Shown one piece after another: positions 36,624 to 46,698 of a stretch of 64,000 nt of DNA (positions are counted from its first letter, which is position 1; the number at the start of each line of letters is the position of its first letter). Origin of the DNA: Bacillota bacterium (GTDB taxonomy: Bacteria > Bacillota > Sulfobacillia > JAJYWN01); the NCBI GenBank assembly GCA_021791495.1, contig JAJYWN010000060.1, forward strand, positions 141,591 to 205,590. The letters are read 5' to 3'. The position numbers and the translations under genes were made by a program. Below the pieces are notes generated by a model. That model was given only the letters and a program-made list of their open reading frames with translations. It was not told the origin of the DNA and searched no databases.

Positions 36624-38170
36624 TGTTCGCCGCCCCCTCTCGGCCCAAGGGCGCTCAGCATGGTTTTGGCTCCGGTCATCAATTGCCCAAGGTCCTCCTC
36701 GCTGACGTCTGGCCATACCAGTCCGGTGACAGCCCCACGGTGCATGACCGCGATACGATCGCTGAGACCTTTTATCTCTTCCAGTTCGGATGACACCAGG
36801 AGGATGGCTTTCCCTTTCGCGCGTTCCTCCAGAAGCCTTCGGTGCACGTATTCCGTGGCGCCCACGTCCAGGCCGCGGGTGGGTTTCATGACCACCAGCA
36901 CCTTGGGCTCCCTGGATATCTCGCGCGCCAGGACCACCTTCTGTTGGTTGCCTCCGGACAGGGACGATGCCGGCGCGGAGGCCCCGCCGCCCGACCGAAT
37001 GTCGAAAGTCTGGATCATGCCGGCCGCGAACCGGTTCACCTGCGCCTCATCGATGAAGAAACCTCGACGGAAGGGAGCGGCGCGGTGTGATTCGAGGATA
37101 AGGTTCTCGGCGATGGAGAAGTCCATAATGAGGCCCCGGGTCTGCCGGTCTTCCGGTACCAGCGCCAGACCGGCGTCGATGGCCCGCGCCGGGCCCTTTC
37201 CCGTGATGTCGCGGCCGTCCAGGATGACCCGTCCGGAAGCCACAGGGGCGGTTCCCAGGATGGCCTCCACCAGTTCGTTCTGGCCGTTGCCGTCCACCCC
37301 CGCGATGCCCAGGACTTCTCCCCCCCAGACATCAAGGGATATGCCTGAACAGGCCTCTTTCCCTTCACGCCTGACTGTCAGCCCCTGTAACGAGAGAGTT
37401 GGCCCCGTGTAGCCGCCGGTGCGCGGGCTCGATGGAGCAGCCAGGTCCCGCCCGATCATCATTTTCGCCAGCTCTGCCGGGGAAGTGGCCGACGTCTCCA
37501 CCGTGCCCTGGACCTTGCCCAGCCGCAATACCGTGACGCGCTGACTTATCTCCATGACTTCGTTCAGCTTGTGGCTGATGAAGATGACCGACTTGCCTTC
37601 TCCTTGAAGGTGACGGATCACCCGGAAGAGGTCTCCGGTTTCCTGCGGCGTGAGCACGGCCGTGGGTTCGTCCAGAATTAGGATCTGAGCCCCGCGATAG
37701 AGGCTCTTTAGTATCTCTACCCGCTGCTGAAGGCCTACCGGCAGATCCCCGACCCGCGCGTCCGGATCAAGGTCGAAGTTATAGCGGTGCGAGAACTCCC
37801 GAATGGACGAGCGGAGCCGGGTCCGGGAAATGACCGCGCCGGTCTTCTTGCGCATACCGAGGACCACATTCTCCGCGACCGAGAAAGCAGGTATCAGCAT
37901 GAAGTGCTGATGGACCATGCCTACGCCCAAGTCGATAGCCTGGCGGGGCGACCGGAACTCGACCGGTCGCCCCCCCACCAGGATCTGTCCCTCATCCGGC
38001 CGCAGGAGGCCATAGAGGATGTTCATTAATGTCGTTTTTCCCGCGCCGTTTTCACCGAGTAGCGACAGGACCTCGCCCGGCTTGACTGTCAGGTCGATCT
38101 GGTCATTGGCGATCAGGGCGCCGAACCGCTTGGTGATGCCGCGGGTTTCAAGGGCGTACAGGGGTACCAA
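36620..38170 (-). CDS. Nucleoside ABC transporter ATP-binding protein (tandem NBD)
   Basis: GENGAGKTT, GMVHQHF, LDEPTAVLTPQE, LSGGNQQK, PTRGLDVGA. Confidence 0.95.
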   Translation of the reverse strand: MVPLYALETRGITKRFGALIANDQIDLTVKPGEVLSLLGENGAGKTTLMNILYGLLRPDEGQILVGGRPVEFRSPRQAIDLGVGMVHQHFMLIPAFSVAENVVLGMRKKTGAVISRTRLRSSIREFSHRYNFDLDPDARVGDLPVGLQQRVEILKSLYRGAQILILDEPTAVLTPQETGDLFRVIRHLQGEGKSVIFISHKLNEVMEISQRVTVLRLGKVQGTVETSATSPAELAKMMIGRDLAAPSSPRTGGYTGPTLSLQGLTVRREGKEACSGISLDVWGGEVLGIAGVDGNGQNELVEAILGTAPVASGRVILDGRDITGKGPARAIDAGLALVPEDRQTRGLIMDFSIAENLILESHRAAPFRRGFFIDEAQVNRFAAGMIQTFDIRSGGGASAPASSLSGGNQQKVVLAREISREPKVLVVMKPTRGLDVGATEYVHRRLLEERAKGKAILLVSSELEEIKGLSDRIAVMHRGAVTGLVWPDVSEEDLGQLMTGAKTMLSALGPRGGGEQ

Positions 38171-38188
38171 CCTCCCGCGGAGCCGGCC

Positions 38189-39187
38189 TTAGTACGCTCC
38201 GATATTGATCTTGATCTTGCCGGCCTGGATATCCTTCAGGGCTTTGTCGTAGGCGTCCTTGGCTTCTTGGGGAATGGTCATCTTGTCGTTCCACACGAAT
38301 TTGACCACGTTATCTTTCGTCCCGACCCTGATCTCGCCCGGCTTCCATGTGCCGTCCTTGACCTGCTTGACGACTACACTGAAGGCGTTGGAGAAGTCAA
38401 TGTACCCGTCGGCGATAACCACATCGGGAGCATCCTTCGACCACTGTGAGTAGGCGCCGAAGATCTTCACGCCCTTCTTGGCGTTCTCCCGGACGGCCTG
38501 CAGAGCGCCCTGGCCGGCGGCGTTGGCGCTGACCCAGAAGATGTCGGCCCCGGAGTTGATCATGGTGATGGTGGCTTCCTTGGCCTTACCCACATCATCC
38601 TGAGTCCCGATGTAGGTCCGCAGTACCTTGACGCTGGGGTTGGTGTCTTTCACGCCCTGTTCGAAGCTGATCAGGGTCTTGGAGATGGCCGGCATTTCCT
38701 GGCTACCGATGGTCCCCACGACTCCGGTCTTGGTCATCTTCGCGGCGACCACGCCCATGAGATATGTCGCCTGCTCGAACTCGGTGTAGATGGGCGAGAC
38801 GTTGTCCATCACGGTCGTGCCGCCGCTGGTGATGAAGATGGTCTTCTTGAAGTCGGGCGCCACTCGCTTCGCGGCATCCTGGTAGTCATAGCTGTGGCCG
38901 AAAACAATGCGATAGCCCTTCTGGGCATAGTCGCGGAAGGCTTCCACGACATCGGAGGGCGACTTGATCTGCACATAGCTAACTTCCGCGCCGAAGTCGG
39001 TCTCGACCTTTTTGAGACCTTTGTATGCGGATTCGCTCCAACCGCCGTCGGTGATGGAGCCGGGCACCAGCAGGGCGATCTTCAGCTTGCCGGAGTTTCC
39101 CGTTTTCGCTCCGCAACCGGCGGTGGCGGTCACGATCACCAAAGTTAAGATAGCAATCCAGGTGAGGACGGGCCATTTCCTTCTCAC
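38189..39187 (-). CDS. BMP-family nucleoside-binding lipoprotein
   Basis: Lipobox TAGC, PGSITDGGW..SAYKGL, GADI; GTG 39187 after AGGGGG. Confidence 0.9.
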   Translation of the reverse strand: MRRKWPVLTWIAILTLVIVTATAGCGAKTGNSGKLKIALLVPGSITDGGWSESAYKGLKKVETDFGAEVSYVQIKSPSDVVEAFRDYAQKGYRIVFGHSYDYQDAAKRVAPDFKKTIFITSGGTTVMDNVSPIYTEFEQATYLMGVVAAKMTKTGVVGTIGSQEMPAISKTLISFEQGVKDTNPSVKVLRTYIGTQDDVGKAKEATITMINSGADIFWVSANAAGQGALQAVRENAKKGVKIFGAYSQWSKDAPDVVIADGYIDFSNAFSVVVKQVKDGTWKPGEIRVGTKDNVVKFVWNDKMTIPQEAKDAYDKALKDIQAGKIKINIGAY

Positions 39188-39302
39188 GATAGTACCCCCT
39201 TGTGAACTGTTTTGCGCTGGGAGCACCCCCCGGAAGGGGCATTCCCCGGTGTTGTCAACGGTTGATGCCTTGGGCGATAGGGACACTGGTTCTCTGGAAG
39301 GA

Positions 39303-40649
39303 TCAGCGGGTCAGCGTTTCTGCCGCGGAGGTGAGCTCCCGCAGCAGCGTCTCCTCGTCGATCCCGTTGACCACTCCTCCTTCCATGACCACACGACCGG
39401 CAATCACCGTTGTGTCGATGTTCCCTTCGGTAGACGACAGCACCAGCGATGAGACTGGATCCAACACTGGTGCCGACTTCGGCTTTAGAGGGTCATACAC
39501 GAAAAGGTCGGCCGCTTTGCCCACTTCCAAAGAACCGGTCACATCCCCAATTCCCAGCACGTCGGCGCCGCACTTGGTCGCCATTCTCAGAACGTCCACG
39601 GATGCCAGTACACTGGGGTCTTCCGCCGCCACCTTCTGAAGCAGAGCTGTCAACTTCATGGCCTCGATCATGTCTTGACCGTCGTTGGAGCCGGCTCCGT
39701 CGGTGGCCAGACCCACTCTCACCCCATGCCGCCATAGCTTGGCGATCGGTGCGATCCCCGAACCTAGTAGCATGTTACTGGCTGGGTTGTGACTGACGCC
39801 GACGTCAAACCGCCGGAGGAGATCCACGTCTTCATCCCGCAGATGCACCGCGTGCACCGCGAGGAAGTGTGCGTCCAGAAAGCCCAGGTCGGCCAGGAAA
39901 GGCACCGCCCGCCGGCCGAAACGTGCCAGGGTGGTCTCGTCGTCCCGCGGCGTTTCGCAAAGGTGCATCGTTACCGGCATGCCGTGGCTCCTCGCGAACT
40001 CCGCTGTCAGCCGCAACCCTTCATCAGTCAGGTTCCAGATGGCTGTGGGCGCCAGCCAGACGCGGAGGAGAGGGTTACCGGCGTGGTCGCGGGCCAGCCT
40101 CTCCACATCAAGGAGCACCTTGTCGATGGGTTCCACCAGACGGCGCTGGGCCTCGTCCCCATAGGCGCGGTCGGAGAATCCCCGCGCCAGGATCCCACGG
40201 AACCCGGTGTCGGAGAAGGCCCGGATGACGGCATCAGAGAGCCCCGGGCTGGTCTGAGCGTACATATAGTCGAGCACGGTGGTGACGCCGGAATGCATGG
40301 CCTCGACGCACCCTGCCATGGCGGCCAGGTAGCAAAGCTCTTCGTTCAGACGGGGAACCAGCGGGCGAACATGCTCCTCCAGCCAACCGACCAGGGACTT
40401 GTCCTTACCGAGCCCCTTTACGTAGACTTGGAACATGTGGGCATGCGTGTTTATCAGGCCGGGAAAGACGTACTTGCCAGATGCGTCAATCCGCCGGGAT
40501 GGGTTGTAGCGACCGTGTAACCGGTCGTCAGGTCCGATCGCCAGGATGATGCCGCGGCGCACGGCAATGCTTCCCGACCGGATCTGTGTGCCCAGGTCGT
40601 CCATGGTGATGATGTAGCCGTGTTCGATGAGAAGGTCTACTTCTTCCAT
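39303..40649 (-). CDS. Amidohydrolase (MTA/SAH/guanine deaminase-like)
   Basis: PGLINTHAH, MHLCET, HAVH, HNPASN, LATDGAGSN, GSLEVGKAAD. Confidence 0.9.
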   Translation of the reverse strand: MEEVDLLIEHGYIITMDDLGTQIRSGSIAVRRGIILAIGPDDRLHGRYNPSRRIDASGKYVFPGLINTHAHMFQVYVKGLGKDKSLVGWLEEHVRPLVPRLNEELCYLAAMAGCVEAMHSGVTTVLDYMYAQTSPGLSDAVIRAFSDTGFRGILARGFSDRAYGDEAQRRLVEPIDKVLLDVERLARDHAGNPLLRVWLAPTAIWNLTDEGLRLTAEFARSHGMPVTMHLCETPRDDETTLARFGRRAVPFLADLGFLDAHFLAVHAVHLRDEDVDLLRRFDVGVSHNPASNMLLGSGIAPIAKLWRHGVRVGLATDGAGSNDGQDMIEAMKLTALLQKVAAEDPSVLASVDVLRMATKCGADVLGIGDVTGSLEVGKAADLFVYDPLKPKSAPVLDPVSSLVLSSTEGNIDTTVIAGRVVMEGGVVNGIDEETLLRELTSAAETLTR

Positions 40650-41536
40650 CCGTTGGCCCTGCTCCCGAAATAGGTGGCCAGCAGGCTCTCGGTCTCTGTC
40701 ACGCGGTCCAGGGACCGGTCTTTCACCTTCGTGGTCACCTGGTACAGCAGGGCGTCGATCAAGGCCATGCAGGCGGCATAGGAGATGAACTCACCGGTGG
40801 TGCGAACGACGAATGTGCGATCGGCGGTCTGGGAAATGGGCGCGACGGCGCTGTCAGTGATGGCGATGACCTGACAACCCCGCTCCCTGGCAAAGCGCAT
40901 CACATCCAGAGTGAAGTTCCGGCTCATGAGGAAACTGGCTCCGATAATCAGGTCCTGCGGTCCCCAGAAACGCAGGTAGTCGAAGACGTCTCCGATGTCG
41001 GGGATGATCAGCCTGGCGTTACCCAGGATCTCGTTCAGAAAGGTGTACAGGACTAAGCCCGGCGCCACCGCACTGCGCAATCCCACGATGCCAATCTTCC
41101 CGGCCTTGACGATCATCTCCGCCGCCTGGTCGAGGTCAGCGCAGGTGACACCGGCCATCGAAGCCCGAATGTTCTCGATGTCCCGTTCAAAAACCAGCTG
41201 GCAACCGTCCACAGTCTTCGGGGCCTCGGACAGCGACTGACGAAGGCGTTCGGCAACCACAAGGCGGTTCCGGAGAATGTGTTGGCTGGCTTCCTGAAGT
41301 TCACGAAACCCCGCAAAGCCAATGTCGGTACAGAAACGAGTCACGACGGACTCGCTTATGCCCACATCCTTCGCGATCATGGCCGCGGAGTAGAAGGCAG
41401 CTTCCTCGGTGTTCCGAAGAATCCACTCCGCAATCCTGCGCTTGCCGGGACTGAGACCGGGGTAGGCCTCGCGGATCCGGGCATCAAGGTCAGGTTTCTG
41501 GACGCCATTCGAGGACGGGTGCCGAGGAGATTCCAT
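40637..41536 (-). CDS. MurR/RpiR-family regulator
   Basis: LSPGKRRIA...SESVVTRFC..GFAGF.EL; SIS domain G.RS...AITDS. Confidence 0.9.
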   Translation of the reverse strand: MESPRHPSSNGVQKPDLDARIREAYPGLSPGKRRIAEWILRNTEEAAFYSAAMIAKDVGISESVVTRFCTDIGFAGFRELQEASQHILRNRLVVAERLRQSLSEAPKTVDGCQLVFERDIENIRASMAGVTCADLDQAAEMIVKAGKIGIVGLRSAVAPGLVLYTFLNEILGNARLIIPDIGDVFDYLRFWGPQDLIIGASFLMSRNFTLDVMRFARERGCQVIAITDSAVAPISQTADRTFVVRTTGEFISYAACMALIDALLYQVTTKVKDRSLDRVTETESLLATYFGSRANGWKK

Positions 41537-41586
41537 CAGGAGACACCGCCTTCGCCAAGACCAATGAATTAGCAGTCAACTGGTCG

Positions 41587-41665
41587 GCAAGAACGCTTCA
41601 ACGGAAAGTAGGCTCTTCCTGCAAGAAAACTTGTTGCCAAATAAAGAAATGGCAAGAAACCAACT
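41587..41665. promoter_or_regulatory. GCAAGAA boxes, candidate RpiR operator
   Basis: GCAAGAA-AAC-TTGTTGC dyad at 41621 plus two further GCAAGAA copies in an AT-rich patch. Confidence 0.45.
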
Positions 41666-41762
41666 TTGGAAACTACTCCCGGCGGTTTCTTACTGGAGGA
41701 TCGCCGCCGCCGAGCTAACGGGCCCCTCTTGCGCGGGCCCCTCCTGCCCTCTTGCGCCGCCG

Positions 41763-41791
41763 TTGACAGCCCGCGAGTCAGGTGTTAGCAT
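41763..41791 (+). promoter_or_regulatory. Sigma-A promoter of the SAM leader
   Basis: TTGACA - 17 bp - TAGCAT with TG extension. Confidence 0.8.
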
Positions 41792-41810
41792 TGTGGCAAC
41801 TTCATAGCAC

Positions 41811-41930
41811 CTCTTTCATCCAGAGGCGGCGGAGGGACAGGCCCGATGATGCCACGGCAACCACTCCCACATTCGGAGGACGGTGCCAATTCCTGCGGAT
41901 CGGCGACCACGGCGGTCCCAAAGATGAGAG
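41811..41930 (+). ncRNA. SAM-I (S-box) riboswitch
   Basis: TTCATCCAGAG-GCGGCGGAGGGACAGGCCCGATGA-GCC-CGGCAACC...GGTGCCAATTCC...AAGATGAG. Confidence 0.95.
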
Positions 41931-41953
41931 TGAAGGTGTGTCGCGCCTGTCAG

Positions 41954-41985
41954 CGGCCCTTCATTCGAAGGGCCGTTTCCTTTTC
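41954..41985 (+). terminator. Riboswitch terminator
   Basis: CGGCCCTTC-ATTC-GAAGGGCCG-TTTCCTTTT. Confidence 0.85.
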
Positions 41986-42044
41986 GCCCGTCCGGTTCGG
42001 CGGAGGGCGGCCGGACAGAAACACACGTTTCGGGGGGATTTGCT

Positions 42045-43214
42045 TTGAGCGTCAAGACCTTCGAGGAGATTAACGAGAAGATCCGCTCCAAGAAGGCGGT
42101 GGTCGTCACCGCCGAAGAGATCATCGGCATCGTCGAGGAGAAAGGCGCCGCCGAAGCGGCCAAGCAGGTAGACGTGGTCACGACGGCCACCTTCGGCCCC
42201 ATGTGCTCTTCGGGTGCCTTCCTGAACTTCGGCCACGCCGACCCGCCCATCCGCATGAACTACATCCGCCTGAACGATGTGCCGGCCTCTGGCGGTCTGG
42301 CGGCGGTGGACACCTACATCGGCGCCACGGAGGCTTCCGAGACCCGTGGCATGGAATACGGCGGAGCCCACGTCATCGAAGACCTCATCGCCGGCAAGAA
42401 GGTACACCTGCGCGCTACCTCCTACGGCACCGACTGCTACCCGCGGACGGAGATCGACACCTTCATCACCAAGGATTCCATCAACGAAGCCTACCTCTAC
42501 AACCCGAGGAACGCTTACCAGAACTACGCCGCCGCCACCAACGGTTCGGACCGGACCATCTACACGTACATGGGCGTGCTCCTGCCCCGCTTCCGGAACG
42601 TGACCTACAGCACGGCCGGAGAGCTTTCGCCGCTCCTGAACGATCCGTACCTGCGCACCATCGGCATTGGAACCCGCATCTTCCTGGGCGGCGCCCAAGG
42701 CTACGTGACCTGGAACGGCACGCAGCATAACCCGTCGCGCCTGCGCTCCGAAAACGGCGTGCCCATGCAGAACGCCGCCACCCTGGCGGTGGCGGGCGAC
42801 CTGAAGCAGATGAGCACCCGGTACATCCGCGCCGCCACCTTCGAGAAGTACGGCGTCTCCATGTTCGTCGGCATCGGCATTCCGATCCCCATCCTTGATG
42901 AGGAGATGCTCCGCTACGTTTCGGTCCGGAACCGCGACATCTATACCTTCATCTACGACTACAGCATCCCGTCGCGTTCGCGCCCGCCCCTGACCAAGGT
43001 CAGCTACGAGGAGCTTCAGAGCGGCACGGTGCGGCTGAACGACCGCGATGTGCCCACGGCGCCGCTATCCAGCCTGAGGGTGGCACGGGAGATCGCGGGG
43101 GTGTTGAAGGAATGGATCGCGGCCGGCCAGTTTCTGCTGACCCAGCCGGTGGCCCCGCTGCCGTCGACCGCCAGTCCGAAGGGGCTGGACGTCGTGGGAG
43201 GTGACGAGAGATGA
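42045..43214 (+). CDS. Homocysteine biosynthesis protein, DUF39 (aspartate-semialdehyde sulfurtransferase, MA1821-like, no CBS domains)
   Basis: VDVVTTATFGPMCSSGA, YGGAHVIEDL, GTDCYP, NPRNAYQNY, GELSPLLNDP; downstream of SAM-I. Confidence 0.93.
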   Translation: MSVKTFEEINEKIRSKKAVVVTAEEIIGIVEEKGAAEAAKQVDVVTTATFGPMCSSGAFLNFGHADPPIRMNYIRLNDVPASGGLAAVDTYIGATEASETRGMEYGGAHVIEDLIAGKKVHLRATSYGTDCYPRTEIDTFITKDSINEAYLYNPRNAYQNYAAATNGSDRTIYTYMGVLLPRFRNVTYSTAGELSPLLNDPYLRTIGIGTRIFLGGAQGYVTWNGTQHNPSRLRSENGVPMQNAATLAVAGDLKQMSTRYIRAATFEKYGVSMFVGIGIPIPILDEEMLRYVSVRNRDIYTFIYDYSIPSRSRPPLTKVSYEELQSGTVRLNDRDVPTAPLSSLRVAREIAGVLKEWIAAGQFLLTQPVAPLPSTASPKGLDVVGGDER

Positions 43215-43666
43215 AGCCCGAGCTGAAATCAGCGACTAAGCGCATCAAGGTCTTCCTTCGTTTTCCGCCGGGCCGCGCCGGCCGCCCTGTCACCTACCAC
43301 CTGGTCAAGGATTTCGACCTGAAGATCAACATCCTGCGGGCCGAGGTCTCGGTGAACAAGGGCGAGCTGGTGCTGGACATCGAAGGCCGCTCGGAGGACA
43401 TCGAGGGCGCCGCTCGTTTCTGCGGCGAGGAGGGCGTGGAGTTCCACACCATCGATAACGCCGTGGAGTGGAACCGCGACCGGTGCGTGCATTGCGGCGC
43501 CTGCACGGCGGTCTGCCCATCGGGGGCTCTGTCCCTGGACAGACGTGATTGGAGTCTGGTTTTCAGCGCCGCCGACTGCTACGCCTGCAACGTTTGCCTG
43601 AAGGCGTGCCCGGTGCGGGCCTTGTCCCCCGGTTTCGACGGCGACCCCATCGCGGCCACAGACTGA
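43211..43666 (+). CDS. NIL domain-ferredoxin (MA1822-like)
   Basis: PVTYHLVKDFDL.INILRA; CVHCGACTAVCP and CYACNVCLKACP. Confidence 0.92.
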   Translation: MKPELKSATKRIKVFLRFPPGRAGRPVTYHLVKDFDLKINILRAEVSVNKGELVLDIEGRSEDIEGAARFCGEEGVEFHTIDNAVEWNRDRCVHCGACTAVCPSGALSLDRRDWSLVFSAADCYACNVCLKACPVRALSPGFDGDPIAATD

Positions 43667-43709
43667 GGGCTGGCGGCCACCCGCCGACCATGGGCAAAGC
43701 AGGGGCTGA

Positions 43710-44441
43710 GTGACGGAATTGTACGAGCCACGGACATACCGAGAGCTATTCAAGGGCGAGAATCTCGTCTTCTTCAACTGCACCCTAAAAGAGACCGACC
43801 TCCAGATCGGCGCCCACCGTTCCCTGGCTTTCGAAGCCATGGAGCAGGTGTGCGAACTGCGCCTGCAGCTGGACGACTACATCCGCTCCTATCCGGAATT
43901 CCTGACCAGCCTGGTGCCGGTCCCCGCCACACCGGGTGCGCCGGCCATCGTCCGGCGCATGTGCTGGGCGGGGTGGCAGGCGCATGTGGGCCCCATGGCG
44001 GCGGTGGCGGGTGCGGTGGGTGAGTTTGTTGGACGCAAGCTCCTTGAGTTCTCCCCCGAGGTCATCGTGGAAAACGGCGGCGACATTTTCCTGAAGTCCG
44101 ATGTCCCGCGGCGGATCGGGATCTATGCCGGTCAGTCGCCCTTAAGCCTGAAAGTGGCCCTGGAGATCGCCCCGGAAGACACGCCGCTGGGCGTGTGCAC
44201 CTCTGCCGCGACCGTCGGCCCTTCGCTCAGCTTCGGCCGGACCGACGCCACGGTTATCGTAGCCAAGGACACCGCCCTGGCCGACGCCGCCGCCACGGCC
44301 GTGGGCAACCGGGTCAAGGTCCCGGCCGACTTGGAGGCGGGGCTTCACCTAGCGTCCCAGATTCCGGGCGTCTTGGGGGCGGTCATTGTCATCGGCGACA
44401 AGATGGGTGCCTGGGGTCAGGTCAAGCTCGCAAGGCTCTAA
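43710..44441 (+). CDS. UPF0280 / ApbE-like protein (MA1715-like)
   Basis: KETDL, VGPMAAVAG, VENGGDI, CTS..TVGPSLSFG..DA, ADAAATA.GN. Confidence 0.92.
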   Translation: MTELYEPRTYRELFKGENLVFFNCTLKETDLQIGAHRSLAFEAMEQVCELRLQLDDYIRSYPEFLTSLVPVPATPGAPAIVRRMCWAGWQAHVGPMAAVAGAVGEFVGRKLLEFSPEVIVENGGDIFLKSDVPRRIGIYAGQSPLSLKVALEIAPEDTPLGVCTSAATVGPSLSFGRTDATVIVAKDTALADAAATAVGNRVKVPADLEAGLHLASQIPGVLGAVIVIGDKMGAWGQVKLARL

Positions 44442-44589
44442 CCCATCGCCACTTGCGATCAGCCGGCGGCCGACCGGTCGTCAGGCTCGAAAAAAATGCC
44501 GGATTGATCCGACAAATTCATGGCTGCGGTCCCGGTCTCGGACAAGTCCATACTTTAAGGACAAATGTCAAGACTCAGAAATCAACCTA

Positions 44590-45327
44590 CTAAAGCCTCA
44601 TATACTTGAAAACCCTCTCGGGGATCATCCGAATGCCCAACATGATCCAATACCAGAAGCCAGGCACGTAGAATACGTCTCTTCCGGACTGGATCCCGCG
44701 CACAACTCTCTCTGCAACCCGTTCAGGGGTAGCGACCAATGGTCCCGGACGGACAACCCCGTAGGTCATCTTGGTATCTACAACGCCGAGGAGAACTGTC
44801 ACGACCCGGACCTGTGATCGGGCCATACGGCTTCGGAGACCTTGCAGGAAAGTGACCAATGCAGCTTTAGCTGAGCCATACATGTAGTTGCTCTGTCGCC
44901 CCCGGAGTGCCGCGACAGATGCCAGCGCGCAAATGAAACCTGCATCACGTTCTCCCAGATAACTGGCGGCAAGGTGAAGCACAGAGACATAGGACGAATA
45001 GTTCACGTCGATTACCTTTCGGGCTTCCTTTATACTGCTCTCCGCCTCATTCTGGCTACCCATGTAGCCGTGGCATACGATGACCCCAGTCAAACTAACA
45101 CCCCATGGCTCATCCTCAAACAGAAGATGGTGGGATTCGTACGCGTCGGCCTCAAACGCGCGTACGGCAGTCCGCACACCAAACCGGATGGCCAGATCCG
45201 CCGCAAGGCATTTCAAGTCTGCCGTATCCCTACCAGCCAGGACAAGGTCCCACTTCCGCCGGGCGAACGAAACCGCGATCGCCCGGGCAATCCCAGATGT
45301 CGCTCCCACTATCAGAACGCTGCCCAC
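44590..45327 (-). CDS. SDR, decaprenylphosphoryl-2-keto-ribose reductase (DprE2)-like
   Basis: GATSGIA, SVAALRGRQSNYMYGSAKA, V.TKMT; translationally coupled to the DprE1-like gene. Confidence 0.82.
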   Translation of the reverse strand: MGSVLIVGATSGIARAIAVSFARRKWDLVLAGRDTADLKCLAADLAIRFGVRTAVRAFEADAYESHHLLFEDEPWGVSLTGVIVCHGYMGSQNEAESSIKEARKVIDVNYSSYVSVLHLAASYLGERDAGFICALASVAALRGRQSNYMYGSAKAALVTFLQGLRSRMARSQVRVVTVLLGVVDTKMTYGVVRPGPLVATPERVAERVVRGIQSGRDVFYVPGFWYWIMLGIRMIPERVFKYMRL

Positions 45328-46673
45328 TATGCCTCCATGATTCCAAGCCTTCGTGCCATCGACGAAGAGAATAGATGGTTCGGGTCTACATGGCTCTTGA
45401 TCTCCTGAAACTGCCCCAGGCGCGGATACATCTCGCGAAACACATCGCGTTTCAGCACGGAATCCTTTGCGAGGTAGACTCGCCCGCCGTTTTCCAGGAC
45501 AACCCCGTCCAGGCGGTTCAGAAGCGCCTCCACTTCCGGTCCGCGAAACGGAAGGTCCAGAGCCAGCGTAAAACCACGCTTCGGAAAACTGAGGAGGCCC
45601 TGCCCCTCCGGACCAAGACTCTTCAGAACAGCGAGGAAGGAGGATGCTCTCGCTGCCGAAAGCATCTCTAGGATGCGGGTCATCCCGCGGAGACTGGTTT
45701 CCGGAGGCAGAACAACCTGGTACTGAACGAATCCACTCCGTCCATACATGCGGTTCCAGTCCAGAATGGCGTCAAGCGGGTAGAAGAATGACTCAAGATG
45801 AACCAGTCGCTGGCCACTACCGTGTCTTCTGAAGTAGACCTCGTTGAATGCCCCGATAGTTGCGGAGTTCAAAGTTCCTGCAGGCAGATAGAAAGGGATC
45901 CGCAGGAACGGGTTCCGGCTGGGTTTCAGCGTCTCGGGAGCGGGATCCGGAGCCGGGTTTCCAAGCATCAGCACGGAACGGCCCAGGCTTCTGCCACCCT
46001 TGAGGCAGTCAATCCAGGCGACAGAGTACTGATACTCCTTCTCCGTAGTCGTGAACATCTCCAACGCCTCATCCAGGTTCCTTGCTCGTAGATACTTGAC
46101 CGAAAACAGAGCCGAGTGGATGCGGACTAAGCGTAGACGGACTGTCAGGATGAACCCTGTCAGGCCGATCCCGCCGACGGTCGCCCAGAATAGGTACGGG
46201 TGGGACTCGCGGGAACAGGTGAGGATTTCACCAGAGGCCAACATCAACCGAAAACTGATGATGCAGTTGGAAAAGGCACCGTCTCGATGGTGGTTCTTGC
46301 CGTGAACATCGTTAGCCACAGCGCCACCCACCGTGACGTGCTTGGTTCCCGGCGTAACGGGCAAGAAGAAACCCCGCGGCAAGAACGTCTGTAGGATGTG
46401 GGCCAGGCTGACGCCGGCCTCGCATTCCAGAACTCCCGTTTCCGGGTCAAAGGACAAGAACCGGTTCAGGTGGGTCAGGAGGACCGTGGCGCCGTCACCG
46501 TTCACCGCTGAGTCGCCATAGCTCCTCCCGAGACCGCGTGCCAAGAGGGAGGAGATCCGGTCATAGGTCAAGAGCTGCTCGGTCTCAGTGGCACTTTCAG
46601 GACGGTAGATCTCGGAGGTCTGCCGCGAGTGGTTTCCCCACCCGGAGATCTCGGCTGTGACAGATCTCAGCAC
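45327..46673 (-). CDS. FAD oxidoreductase, decaprenylphosphoryl-ribose oxidase (DprE1)-like
   Basis: GWG, ARGLGRSYGD, PVTPGTK.VTVGGAVANDVHGKNHH, YSVAWID, FFYPLD, WNR.YG..GF.QYQ, SFLAVLK, GGRVYLAKD. Confidence 0.9.
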   Translation of the reverse strand: MLRSVTAEISGWGNHSRQTSEIYRPESATETEQLLTYDRISSLLARGLGRSYGDSAVNGDGATVLLTHLNRFLSFDPETGVLECEAGVSLAHILQTFLPRGFFLPVTPGTKHVTVGGAVANDVHGKNHHRDGAFSNCIISFRLMLASGEILTCSRESHPYLFWATVGGIGLTGFILTVRLRLVRIHSALFSVKYLRARNLDEALEMFTTTEKEYQYSVAWIDCLKGGRSLGRSVLMLGNPAPDPAPETLKPSRNPFLRIPFYLPAGTLNSATIGAFNEVYFRRHGSGQRLVHLESFFYPLDAILDWNRMYGRSGFVQYQVVLPPETSLRGMTRILEMLSAARASSFLAVLKSLGPEGQGLLSFPKRGFTLALDLPFRGPEVEALLNRLDGVVLENGGRVYLAKDSVLKRDVFREMYPRLGQFQEIKSHVDPNHLFSSSMARRLGIMEA

Positions 46674-46698
46674 CGGCAACACTCCCTTTTGCACAGTG

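Noticed and set aside
44530..44590. AT-rich patch resembling an IS end
   Set aside because: No matching second inverted repeat, target duplication or transposase found
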